Positions 43,111-51,762 of a stretch of DNA of 51,762 nt are shown piece by piece. Within the stretch, counting starts at the first letter, position 1. Each line of letters opens with the position of its first letter. The translations under genes were made by a program, and so were the position numbers. Origin of the DNA: Candidatus Vecturithrix granuli (GTDB taxonomy: Bacteria; Moduliflexota; Moduliflexia; Moduliflexales; Moduliflexaceae); the NCBI GenBank assembly GCA_000739535.1, contig DF820466.1, positions 351,071 through 402,832 of the forward strand, in the 5' to 3' direction. The notes under the pieces were generated by a model. That model did no database searches. It was not told the DNA's origin and saw nothing but the letters and a program-made list of their open reading frames with translations.

Positions 43111-43539
43111 TAGCCTTCTCCTTCTGTAAATGGAATTCTCATCCGCGCCTGTTAAAAAAACTGGGTAGTGGTTAAATGGTAAGTGACATCCGCTCGTTGA
43201 GCGAAGTCGAAACGAGCCTGGACGTGTTCCCTTCGACTCCGCTCAGGGAACGCATCACTTACCATTTAACCACTACCCTCTTGTGTTGTTCATCTTTGCC
43301 AGTTTTTCAAGGTGAAATTGTAATATTTTAAGAAATGCTCTATAAAGGAATCTATTTTCTGTCAATTATTTTCTGAAAAAAATTCATGAAATTTTTTATT
43401 TAGTTCTGAAAATATAGATAATAACTACGGAACTAAAGGAATAAAGCTACAGGAATGAGGAATAAACAAGAATAAAATGCCATATCAGCAGAAAGAAACG
43501 ATTCTTGCTTATTCCTCATTCCTGTAGCTTTATTGCTGC

Positions 43540-44580
43540 TTATATACCATTCCTGTGGTTCTCAGAACATGGCCCCGTAGTTTCGCGCACCACGAGCGAA
43601 CATTTCAGCAGGGTGAATCCTCCGCTCACAGCAATGCGCTTATTCATCAAATCTGCCAGGGTTTTGACCGCTAATTGACCGATCTGGTAAGTCGGTTGCG
43701 CGATGGTGGTCAGAGGAGGATTGGTGTAAGCGGACATGGAGATATCGCCGAATCCGACCACGGAAATATTCCGGGGTACATGTAAGCCGCGACTGTGGAT
43801 GGCGTGAATTGCGCCAATTGCACTCAAGTCATTAAAAGCCATAATTGCGGTCGGACGGATATTCTCTGGGAGACTCAGGAAATTATGGACGATTTGCGAA
43901 CTTTCTTCGATATTCGGAAAACACCAGCGATATAAATCGTCAGACAAGATCAACCCTGCTTCCCTTAAAGTCTCGCGCACATTTTTCAAAATAACTTTTG
44001 ACGACTCCCATCCCGGCGGACCGGAAATGCAGGCAATGCGCCGGTGATTCAGGCTCAGCAAATATCTGGTTGTTTGGACGATAGCAGTCGCATAATCCAC
44101 CATAATACAGGCGATTTGCGGAATTGCAATCAAACGTGAAACCACGATGGGAATATTGTTCTGGATCTGAAATTTTACCAGCGTTTCGGCGGAAATTTGC
44201 GTTCGCATCACCATCAGCCCATCGAGTCCCCATTTTTTCAGGAGATTGAGATGATGTTCCTGTCGTTCCGGATCTTCGCTGGCATGGAAAATTGCCAGAT
44301 TTAAGCCCTGGCGTTCCGCTTCTTCCTGCGCGCCATTGATGATCTCAACGAACGAGGGATTGAGCACGTTAGGCACAAGCAGTCCGATTTTTTCCGGCCG
44401 GCTGCGCGAAATCCGCTGGCGCGGTTGAAAACCCAGTTCATCAACCGCTTTTTCTACTTTTTTATTTAACTCGTGGCTCACCGGAGACGATTTATTAATC
44501 ACGCGCGACACGGTTGACACAGATACACCGCAATATTTCGCCACATCTTCAATCGTTGGCTTCGACTTCGATTTTTCCAT
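43540..44580 (-). CDS. LacI family transcriptional regulator
   Basis: The HTH is TIEDVAKYCGVSVSTVSRVIN, and a periplasmic-binding-protein-like C-terminal domain follows. The start was trimmed to the ATG at 44580 because the upstream part of the ORF is palindromic repeat sequence. Confidence 0.8.
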   Translation of the reverse strand: MEKSKSKPTIEDVAKYCGVSVSTVSRVINKSSPVSHELNKKVEKAVDELGFQPRQRISRSRPEKIGLLVPNVLNPSFVEIINGAQEEAERQGLNLAIFHASEDPERQEHHLNLLKKWGLDGLMVMRTQISAETLVKFQIQNNIPIVVSRLIAIPQIACIMVDYATAIVQTTRYLLSLNHRRIACISGPPGWESSKVILKNVRETLREAGLILSDDLYRWCFPNIEESSQIVHNFLSLPENIRPTAIMAFNDLSAIGAIHAIHSRGLHVPRNISVVGFGDISMSAYTNPPLTTIAQPTYQIGQLAVKTLADLMNKRIAVSGGFTLLKCSLVVRETTGPCSENHRNGI

Positions 44581-44594
44581 CCTATGGTTCCCTG

Positions 44595-44690
44595 TATCCC
44601 ACCCCGGCCCCTCCCCAAAGGGGAAGGGGAGTGTACAATGGTCCGCTGCTCCCCTCCCCCTTTGGGGAGAGGGCGGGGGTGGGGTCAAAA
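44595..44690. repeat. Palindromic G/C-rich element (ccaccccggcccctccccaaaggggaagggga ... tcccctccccctttggggagagggcgggggtgggg)
   Basis: Seen in sequence. Related arms flank the family G element at 48794-49010. Confidence 0.65.
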
Positions 44691-45358
44691 GTACAAAAAA
44701 ATTATTTATTGTGACTTATTATGAAAAAAAATGAAAAAATGTCAAGAAACTTTATTTGGATTTAAATTTTTGTAACTATTTGCCAGGCTCTTTCGACGTA
44801 GGCGATTCAGTATTGTAGTAAGGGGGAAAGTCCTTCATCCTTTTTCGCCGTAGGCGATTCACAACCGCTGCGCGGTAGGATAAAAGGAGTTGGTGAGGCC
44901 GTCTTTCCTACTGTTAAATTCTTGTAAAACATGCTCGTCTCGACTTCGCTCGACGTGCGGTATTCTGGTCATCGAGTGAAGTCGAGATGACACATATCCA
45001 CAGCCCTGTTCCCAGGAGCGAATTGATCAAATGCCGTGTTTATTTGCAATAATGTTTACTACAACGGATTGAAGAATGGAACGGATTTTAAGAGGAATTC
45101 GTTCCATTCTTCAATCCGTTGTAGTATTTTAAAAAATATTGAACAGAAAGTGCAAAAAATTTTCTGCTATATTTTCTGTTTTTTCTTGACATTTTTTCAG
45201 CATGAAAATCTGACTCATATATCTGGATTAGTGATTCTTTCGTGAAGTTTATGGAAAAACTACATGAATGAGGAATAAACAAGAATAGAACGCTTTACAG
45301 AAAAAAAGGATTCATGCTTATTCTTTATTCATGTAGTTTCAAATGTAGTATAATATTC

Positions 45359-45620
45359 GGTAGTGGTTAAATGCAATAGTTCGGACAGTTTTCGTCTTAC
45401 CCCCCTTTATCCCCCCGTAAACGGGGGGAAACTGGAGAGGGGACGTGTCCTATCTGCTTCCCCCCGCTTGCGGGGGGATTGAGGGGGGTGGAATCAAAAC
45501 TGTCCGAAGTATTGTAAATGCTAAGTGATACTGTTCCCTGAGCGGAGTCGAAGGGAACACGTCCAGGCTCGTTTCGACTTCGCTCAACGAGCGGATGTCA
45601 CTTACCGTTTAACCATTACC
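45359..45620. repeat. Family A MITE carrying a nested family B MITE (45375-45516) with a TAAATG target duplication
   Basis: Seen in sequence. The family A left end GGTAGTGGTTAAATG is interrupted by CAATAGTTCGGACAGTTTT...AAAACTGTCCGAAGTATTG, after which TAAATG repeats and family A resumes to ...CGTTTAACCATTACC. Confidence 0.8.
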
Positions 45621-45653
45621 TAATATTCTATAAAAAACCCTAAGGAGGACGTT

Positions 45654-48600
45654 ATGGGAGATAAAATGCGACCAATCCCGTTTGGTCAACTCATGCAGTG
45701 GATGATGTCGGAATATCGCCGGCAAGGAACGATTTTTGGGATTGAAAAATCTCAATTTTTCCGCAAATCCACAACAAATACGGTCAAAATTCTCGACGAA
45801 GTATGTGAAACCGCGCTTGGCCCGGCCGCAGGGCCTCATACCCAATTGTCGCAAAATATTATTACGGCGTATCTGGCCGGCGGCCGTTTTTTAGAATTAA
45901 AAACCGTACAAAAATTAGATACTTTAGAGTTTGCCAAACCCTGTATTGACGCCCGCGATGAAGGTTATAACACGGAATGGTCAACCGAATTGACTCTGAA
46001 ACAAGCGATTCATGAATATATCAACGCCTGGTTTGCGCTGCATGTGTTAGAAGTCCTGTTCGATCTATCGGCGACCGGCAAACGCTCGTTTATCTTTAAT
46101 ATGAGCATCGGCTACGACCTGGCCGGCATCAAATTGCCGAAAATGGACGAATTTATTAACGGCCTGATTGACGCTTCCGAGCATCCGGTCTATCAAAGCT
46201 GCATGGCGGAGTTGAAACAACTGCTTGCGGACCCGGAATTTCTGAAAGGCACGGATTTGGAAGGCAAAGATTGGTCGTCCGTGTTAGCACAGATTACGCC
46301 GGACATTGTGAGTTCGGCCTCGCTTTCCACCATGCACGGCTGCCCGCCCAACGAAATCGAATCAATCTCTGAGTATCTGTTAACCGAAAAGAAACTGAAT
46401 ACTTACGTCAAACTGAATCCGACTTTGTTGGGCTACCAGCGCGTGCGCGAAGTTCTGAACAGCCTGGGCTATGAATATCTCGGTCTGTCGGAAGACTCGT
46501 TCTCGCACGATCTGCAATACGATGCAGCAATTCCGATGCTGAAACGCTTAGTGCAGACCGCGAAAGATCTCGGCCTGACCTTTGGCGTGAAACTGTCGAA
46601 TACCCTGGGTTCCAGAAATACTCTGGGCATGTTACCGGGGGATGAAATGTATATGTCAGGCCGCGCGCTGTTCCCGCTGACCATCAATCTGGCGGCCATG
46701 CTCTCCGAAATATTCGATGGCAAGCTGCCGATTTCTTACGCTGGCGGTGCATCGCAGTTGAACGTGCAAGACATTTTTGCGGTCGGCATTCGTCCGATTA
46801 CGCTGGCCACGGATTTGCTGAAACCCGGCGGCTATCTGCGCATGAAAGAGATGGCGGAGTTATTAGAAGCCATGCCGGTTCCGCAGGATGAAAGGATTGA
46901 CGTGGCAAAGTTGAAAAATCTGGCCGCGGATGCGTTGAGTAATCCCCTGTACCGCAAAGAGTGGCGCGGAACTGATAAAGCCGCGATTGATGAAAAGCTG
47001 CCGATGTTTGATTGTTACGCCGCACCCTGCAAGCTGCGCTGCCCGATCAATCAGGACGTGCCTGAATACATTCGTCTGCTCAGCGAAAAACGCTACGATG
47101 ACGCCCTGGAACTGATTTACAGCAAAAACGCGCTGCCGCACATCACCGGCTATATCTGCGATCATCAGTGTATGTATAAATGTACGCGCCTCGATTATGA
47201 CGGCGCAGTGCGTATCCGCGACATGAAACTGTTGGCGGCGAATAAAGGCTGGGACAACTATCTGAAACGCTACAAGAACGACATCAAACCCAACGGCGTC
47301 AAAGCCGCGGTAATCGGCGCAGGCCCGGCCGGACTGGCCGCCGCCTATTTTCTGAGCAAAGCCGGATTCAGCGTAACCGTGCTGGAACGGGCGAAATCGG
47401 CCGGTGGGGTGGTGACAAACGTGCTGCCAGCCTTCAGAATTCCGGTCGAAGCGATTCAAGCCGACATTGATTTTATCAAGGCGCATGGCGTGGAATTTCG
47501 CTTTGGCGTGGAAGAACAATTTTCGATTGACGCTCTAAAGCAGCAAGGCTTCAAATACATTTTCATTAGTGTGGGCGCGCAGGTGTCGGGCGAAATGCAA
47601 CTTTCCGGCGACAACCCGAATGTGCGTCATGCCCTGGATTTCCTGCGGGAATTCAAAACCAATCCCGAGGCACTGAAACCCGGCAAATCCGTGGCGATTG
47701 TGGGCGGCGGCAATACGGCGATGGACAGCGCGCGCGCTGCAACCCGCATTCCAGGCGTGGAAAACGTGGCAATCCTTTATCGCCGCACCAAAGAGCAGAT
47801 GCCGGCCGATATGGAAGAGTTCGACAATGCGCTGAAAGAGGGCGTAAAATTCATGCCGCTCTTACTGCCGGAAAATTTCTCCCGTAATGGCGTGTTGACC
47901 TGCCGCAAAATGAAATTAGGCGAAGCAGACGCCAGCGGACGCCAGCGACCGGAACCGACCGAAGAAACGGTTGAGCTGAAAGTGGATACGCTGATTACCG
48001 CTATCGGTGAAAAAGTGGATACCACGCTGCTGCAAGCCGGCGGACTGGAAGTCAATGCAAAAGGCCGGGTGGTGGCTGATCAAGAAACCCTCGAAACTTC
48101 GATTCCGAACGTGTATATGGGCGGCGACGCCTTCCGCGGCCCTTCAACGGTTGTGGAGTCCATGGCCGACGCCCGCAAAGCCGCCGAGAGCATCGCCCGC
48201 AAGGAGATGTCGGACTGGAAAGGCTTTGCTGCAAATCCGAAATTGACCGCCTTTGACAAAGCGCAGCAGATTACGGAGATCAACGCCAAAAAAGCGAAAC
48301 TCACGCTCGAACATCCTGAAACCATTGACGAAACTTTGGCAAAAGTGGAAGCCAGCCGCTGTTTGGAATGTCACGTGTTGTGCAACAAATGCGTCACGGT
48401 CTGCCCGAATCGCGCGAATGTCGCGATGAAAATGGGTAACGGCAATTTCAGAGATACGTATCAAATTCTGCACCTTGACGCGCTCTGCAACGAATGTGGC
48501 AACTGCGGCGTGTTCTGTCCTTACGACGGCAAACCGTACAAGGATAAATTGACCCTGTTCGTACTGGAAGAAGATTTTGCCAACAGTGAAAACAACGGCT

Positions 48601-48791
48601 TTCTGTTCAACAACGGCAGCGGCAAAGTGCGCCTGAACAAGCAGGTTTACGATTTTATGTTCGATCAACAAGGCGCGGTCAGCGTGGATGCGGCTGACGT
48701 GAATGCAAACACTTTGGCAGGCGTGCAGGCGATGATTCAAACCGTGCGCCAGGATTACAGTTTCTATTTGTTTACACCAGCGAATATGTAA
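45654..48791 (+). CDS. ygfK: YgfK-like protein (putative selenate reductase / oxidoreductase subunit; 4Fe-4S plus FAD/NAD(P)-binding domains)
   Basis: It is 1045 aa. The N-terminus is MRPIPFGQLMQWMMSEYRRQGTIFGI. Two dinucleotide-binding sites (VAVIGAGPAGLAAAYFL, VAIVGGGNTAMD) and a C-terminal cysteine cluster (CLECHVLCNKCVTVCPNRA, CNECGNCGVFCP) are present. It is adjacent to an ssnA homolog, as in E. coli. RBS AAGGAGG. Confidence 0.7.
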   Translation: MGDKMRPIPFGQLMQWMMSEYRRQGTIFGIEKSQFFRKSTTNTVKILDEVCETALGPAAGPHTQLSQNIITAYLAGGRFLELKTVQKLDTLEFAKPCIDARDEGYNTEWSTELTLKQAIHEYINAWFALHVLEVLFDLSATGKRSFIFNMSIGYDLAGIKLPKMDEFINGLIDASEHPVYQSCMAELKQLLADPEFLKGTDLEGKDWSSVLAQITPDIVSSASLSTMHGCPPNEIESISEYLLTEKKLNTYVKLNPTLLGYQRVREVLNSLGYEYLGLSEDSFSHDLQYDAAIPMLKRLVQTAKDLGLTFGVKLSNTLGSRNTLGMLPGDEMYMSGRALFPLTINLAAMLSEIFDGKLPISYAGGASQLNVQDIFAVGIRPITLATDLLKPGGYLRMKEMAELLEAMPVPQDERIDVAKLKNLAADALSNPLYRKEWRGTDKAAIDEKLPMFDCYAAPCKLRCPINQDVPEYIRLLSEKRYDDALELIYSKNALPHITGYICDHQCMYKCTRLDYDGAVRIRDMKLLAANKGWDNYLKRYKNDIKPNGVKAAVIGAGPAGLAAAYFLSKAGFSVTVLERAKSAGGVVTNVLPAFRIPVEAIQADIDFIKAHGVEFRFGVEEQFSIDALKQQGFKYIFISVGAQVSGEMQLSGDNPNVRHALDFLREFKTNPEALKPGKSVAIVGGGNTAMDSARAATRIPGVENVAILYRRTKEQMPADMEEFDNALKEGVKFMPLLLPENFSRNGVLTCRKMKLGEADASGRQRPEPTEETVELKVDTLITAIGEKVDTTLLQAGGLEVNAKGRVVADQETLETSIPNVYMGGDAFRGPSTVVESMADARKAAESIARKEMSDWKGFAANPKLTAFDKAQQITEINAKKAKLTLEHPETIDETLAKVEASRCLECHVLCNKCVTVCPNRANVAMKMGNGNFRDTYQILHLDALCNECGNCGVFCPYDGKPYKDKLTLFVLEEDFANSENNGFLFNNGSGKVRLNKQVYDFMFDQQGAVSVDAADVNANTLAGVQAMIQTVRQDYSFYLFTPANM

Positions 48792-48793
48792 TG

Positions 48794-49010
48794 TTTAGGG
48801 AACCCTTCCCCGGCCCTCCCCGAAGGGGCTGGGCTGTTAAGTTTTGTGGATGTTTGTGTCATCTCGACTCCGCTCGACGTGCGGTGTTCCGGTCATCGAG
48901 CGGAGTCGAGATGGCCGGAACACCGCACGTCGAGCGGAGTCGAGACGCTATATTTTGCGAGAACTTAACAGCCCAGCCTCTTCAGGGAGGGGCGGATAGG
49001 GGGTTTTTAA
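48794..49010. repeat. Composite palindromic element: family G core (CATCTCGACTCCGCTCGACGTGCGG...CCGCACGTCGAGCGGAGTCGAGACG) flanked by inverted G/C-rich arms
   Basis: Seen in sequence. It fills the ygfK-ssnA intergenic gap. A shorter family G copy is at 44934-44990. Confidence 0.7.
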
Positions 49011-49011
49011 C

Positions 49012-50337
49012 ATGATGAAAATTTTACAAAATGCAAGAGTCGTTCATTTTTCTCCCGGCTCGGTGCAGGAGAGTTTAGATATTGTGATTGACGGCAGCGT
49101 GATTAAAGAAGTAGGACAAAATTTAGCGGCGAACTACCCTGACGCGGAGGTCAAAGACCTCAAGGGCGCGATGGTGACGCCCGGTATCGTGTGCAGTCAC
49201 AATCATTTCTATTCCGGGCTGGCGCGGGGCATTATGGCGAATATTAAGCCCAGTCAGGATTTTATTTCGATTCTGCTCAATCTCTGGTGGCGTTTGGATC
49301 GCGCGATTGACAAGGACATTCTGTATTACAGCGGCCTGGTCTGTGTGCTGGAAGCGATTAAAGCCGGCACAACGTCGGTGATCGATCATCACGCCTCGCC
49401 GGCCTTTATCAAAGGTTCGCTCGACGTGCTGCGCCAGGGCTATGAAAAAGCCGGGCTGCGCGGCATTCTCTGTTATGAAACCACCGACCGCAACGGGAAA
49501 GACGGCACAAAAGAGGGTGTAGAGGAAAATATCGAATTCGCCAAAAGCGTGGATAAGGTCAAAGCTGCAGGCAAACGCTATCTGGTCGAAGCCGCGATTG
49601 GCGGACACGCGCCTGTGACCTTAGACGACGACGCACTGCGAATGCTGGCTGAAGCTCTTAAAGAAACCGGACGCGGACTGCACATCCACGTGGCGGAAGA
49701 CCGCTACGATGTGTCTGATTCGCACGGCAAATATCAGAAAGACATCATGCAGCGCATGGCAGATTTCGGTCTGGTGAACGACAAAGGCATCTTCGTACAT
49801 GGCGTGCATCTCGGCGCGGCGGATATCGAGGTTCTCAATCAACATGACGCTTTTCTGGTGCACAACGCCCGTTCCAACATGAACAACAATGTCGGCTATG
49901 CCGAAAAATTGCCGACCGTCAAAAATGTGGCGTTAGGCACCGATGGCATCGGCGTGAACATGTTTGAAGAAGTGAAGTGCGCGTATTTCAAACACAAAGA
50001 CACCGGCGGCGCGTATTGGCCCGGCGATTATCTGCGCTTCTTGCAGAACGGCAACACCATTCTGGAACGCTATTTTGGCGAAAAATACGGCAAAGTTGCC
50101 GCCGGATACAAAGCCGACCTCACGATTTACGATTACGACGCGCCCACGCCGTTGACCGGCGATAATGCAGCCGGGCATTTTGTGTTTGGCATGTCCTCCC
50201 GCGACGTGAAAAGCGTGATGGTGGATGGCGTGATGGTCTATGAAGACCGGCAGTTCCCCTTTGATGTAGCCTCGATCTACGTCCAGGCCCAAAAAGAAGC
50301 TCAACGCCTCTGGCAGCGCATGGATGCGTTGGATTAA
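49012..50337 (+). CDS. ssnA: SsnA-like amidohydrolase (putative aminohydrolase/chlorohydrolase family)
   Basis: It is 441 aa. The N-terminus is MMKILQNARVVHF...GAMVTPGIVCSHNHFYSGLARG, with a metal-binding HxH motif. It is the synteny partner of ygfK. Confidence 0.7.
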   Translation: MMKILQNARVVHFSPGSVQESLDIVIDGSVIKEVGQNLAANYPDAEVKDLKGAMVTPGIVCSHNHFYSGLARGIMANIKPSQDFISILLNLWWRLDRAIDKDILYYSGLVCVLEAIKAGTTSVIDHHASPAFIKGSLDVLRQGYEKAGLRGILCYETTDRNGKDGTKEGVEENIEFAKSVDKVKAAGKRYLVEAAIGGHAPVTLDDDALRMLAEALKETGRGLHIHVAEDRYDVSDSHGKYQKDIMQRMADFGLVNDKGIFVHGVHLGAADIEVLNQHDAFLVHNARSNMNNNVGYAEKLPTVKNVALGTDGIGVNMFEEVKCAYFKHKDTGGAYWPGDYLRFLQNGNTILERYFGEKYGKVAAGYKADLTIYDYDAPTPLTGDNAAGHFVFGMSSRDVKSVMVDGVMVYEDRQFPFDVASIYVQAQKEAQRLWQRMDALD

Positions 50338-50624
50338 AACGGCTAAAGTTGGTAGAAACCGGGTTTTTCCGAAAAAACCCGGTTTCTTACACGCTCAGCC
50401 GAAAATCAGATGTCGCGCGAAACTCCAGTTTCGCGGCTGTCAACGGATGCGCGAAACTGGAGTTTCGCGCGACATTTTCAGGGGAACTTCCATGAGCGTA
50501 GGCTCACCCGATGAAATGAAACTACAAGGATTGCGTGTAGGAAGGATTCTTGACGGCAAATTGGTCGGCGTGACCCCGAACCCTGCCTCTGAGAATCCTT
50601 CCTACACCAAATCCTTGTAGTTTC

Positions 50625-51733
50625 ATGATGACGGGTGAGCCTGCGCTCATGGCATACTGCGTGCACTGTATGGTTTCAGACGTGATGAAGCACCAATATA
50701 GTCATGATCAAATTACTCGGTTCTTCGCCAAAGAGGACTATGATCAACAACAGTATTGGCAGGTCATCAAACCGCTGGTGCGACAACTTGAACAGGATGA
50801 TGGCCTGATCGTCGTGGACGACACCATCGAAGAAAAGCCGTATACCGATGAAAACGACATTGTCTCTTGGCACTATGATCACACGACAGGACAGAACGTC
50901 AAAGGCATCAATATTGTCAACTTTCTGTATCATCGTGACAGTGCCAATGCGCCCGAAGTCTCCCTCCCACTTGCCTATGAAGTCGTCTCCAAGCCTGATG
51001 AGTCCGTCGATCCCAAGACCAACAAGACGAAACGGAAGAGCCGGATCAGCAAAAATACCCTCGTTCGGGATCGGTTAAAAATTTTGTGCAGACAGAACCG
51101 GGTTCGTTTCAAATATGTGGCGTTTGATCGTTGGTTTTCTTCGAAGGAGAATATGGCCATGATCAAGCAAGAACTTAGGAAAGATTTTGTCTGTGCGATC
51201 AAAGCCAATCGGACCGTCGCCCTGTCCGAAACGGACAAGCGTACGGGTAATTTTATGCAGGTCTCAAGCGTCGAGTTCCAACCGACCGAACTCCGGGGGG
51301 CTATTTGAAAGGGATGGATTTCCCAGTCCTGCTGACCAAACACGTCTTTACAAACAAAGATGGAAGCCTGGGCGTATTGTATCTCGTATCCAGTGATACC
51401 GCCTTGACCTATACGCAACTCACGACCCTCTATCACAGACGATGGCACGTCGAAGAGTTTCACAAATCGCTCAAACAAAATGTGGCCTTAGAAAAATCCC
51501 CGACCAGAACCGAAACCACGCAGAAAAATCATATTTTTGCGTCAATGCTAGCGTTCATCAAATTAGAGACGCTGAAAGTTCATTCCCACTTGAATCATTT
51601 TGCCTTAAAAAACCATCTCTATCTGACGGCCCTTCAAACATGTTTCAAAGAACTTAAACTTTTACAACAACAGGCTCAGGCTTCGACTATTCAATTTAAC
51701 TCACTTTACGCAGTAGATAAAAAAGTTCTTTGA
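50625..51733 (+). pseudogene. IS4/IS701-like DDE transposase, N-terminally truncated and split by a frameshift in a G6 homopolymer (51295-51300)
   Basis: Two consecutive ORFs (50625-51308 and 51305-51733) have continuous homology (…DRWFSSKENM… / …YHRRWHVEEFHKSLKQ…). Removing one G from ccgggggg would join them. Confidence 0.65.
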
Positions 51734-51762
51734 CAAATATCTTGTGATCATGTTCAGATCCT

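Noticed and set aside
50324-50620. 98-aa ORF spanning family E and family C repeats
   Set aside because: The translation is dominated by palindromic repeat sequence, and the reading frame exists only because of the repeats. No coding signal was recognised.
1-51762. tRNA, rRNA or other structured ncRNA genes
   Set aside because: No cloverleaf-compatible 70-90-nt segments with conserved T-loop/D-loop motifs were recognised by eye. The many hairpins belong to repeat families. A tRNAscan/Infernal run would be needed to be sure.

Overview
This ~51.8-kb bacterial window (GC roughly 50%) carries two kinds of content. One is a set of conflict/defence-type genes: a TIR-effector / MoxR-like AAA+ ATPase / CoxE-like vWA / FGE-sulfatase-domain cluster (5279-10709), a PIN toxin-antitoxin pair, an MNT-HEPN pair, a 1091-aa TIR-NACHT-FGE STAND NTPase, and a DUF433/DUF5615 pair. 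The other is ordinary housekeeping and catabolic content: a GT9 glycosyltransferase, an SPFH/flotillin-like protein, an S8 subtilase, a chemoreceptor, a siderophore-type esterase/binding-protein/permease set, a beta-mannosidase-isomerase-dehydrogenase-ABC-transporter sugar locus with LacI and two-component regulators, and ygfK-ssnA. A second, pervasive feature is at least nine families of short palindromic MITE-like repeats that fill almost every intergenic gap. Some are nested inside each other, some are flanked by target-site duplications, and two are embedded in frame inside the NACHT gene. The window ends in a truncated, frameshifted IS4-like transposase. No rRNA, tRNA or CRISPR array was recognised. 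The best candidate for an undescribed system is the TIR/MoxR/vWA/FGE four-gene cluster together with its paralogous fused TIR-NACHT-FGE counterpart 11 kb downstream.
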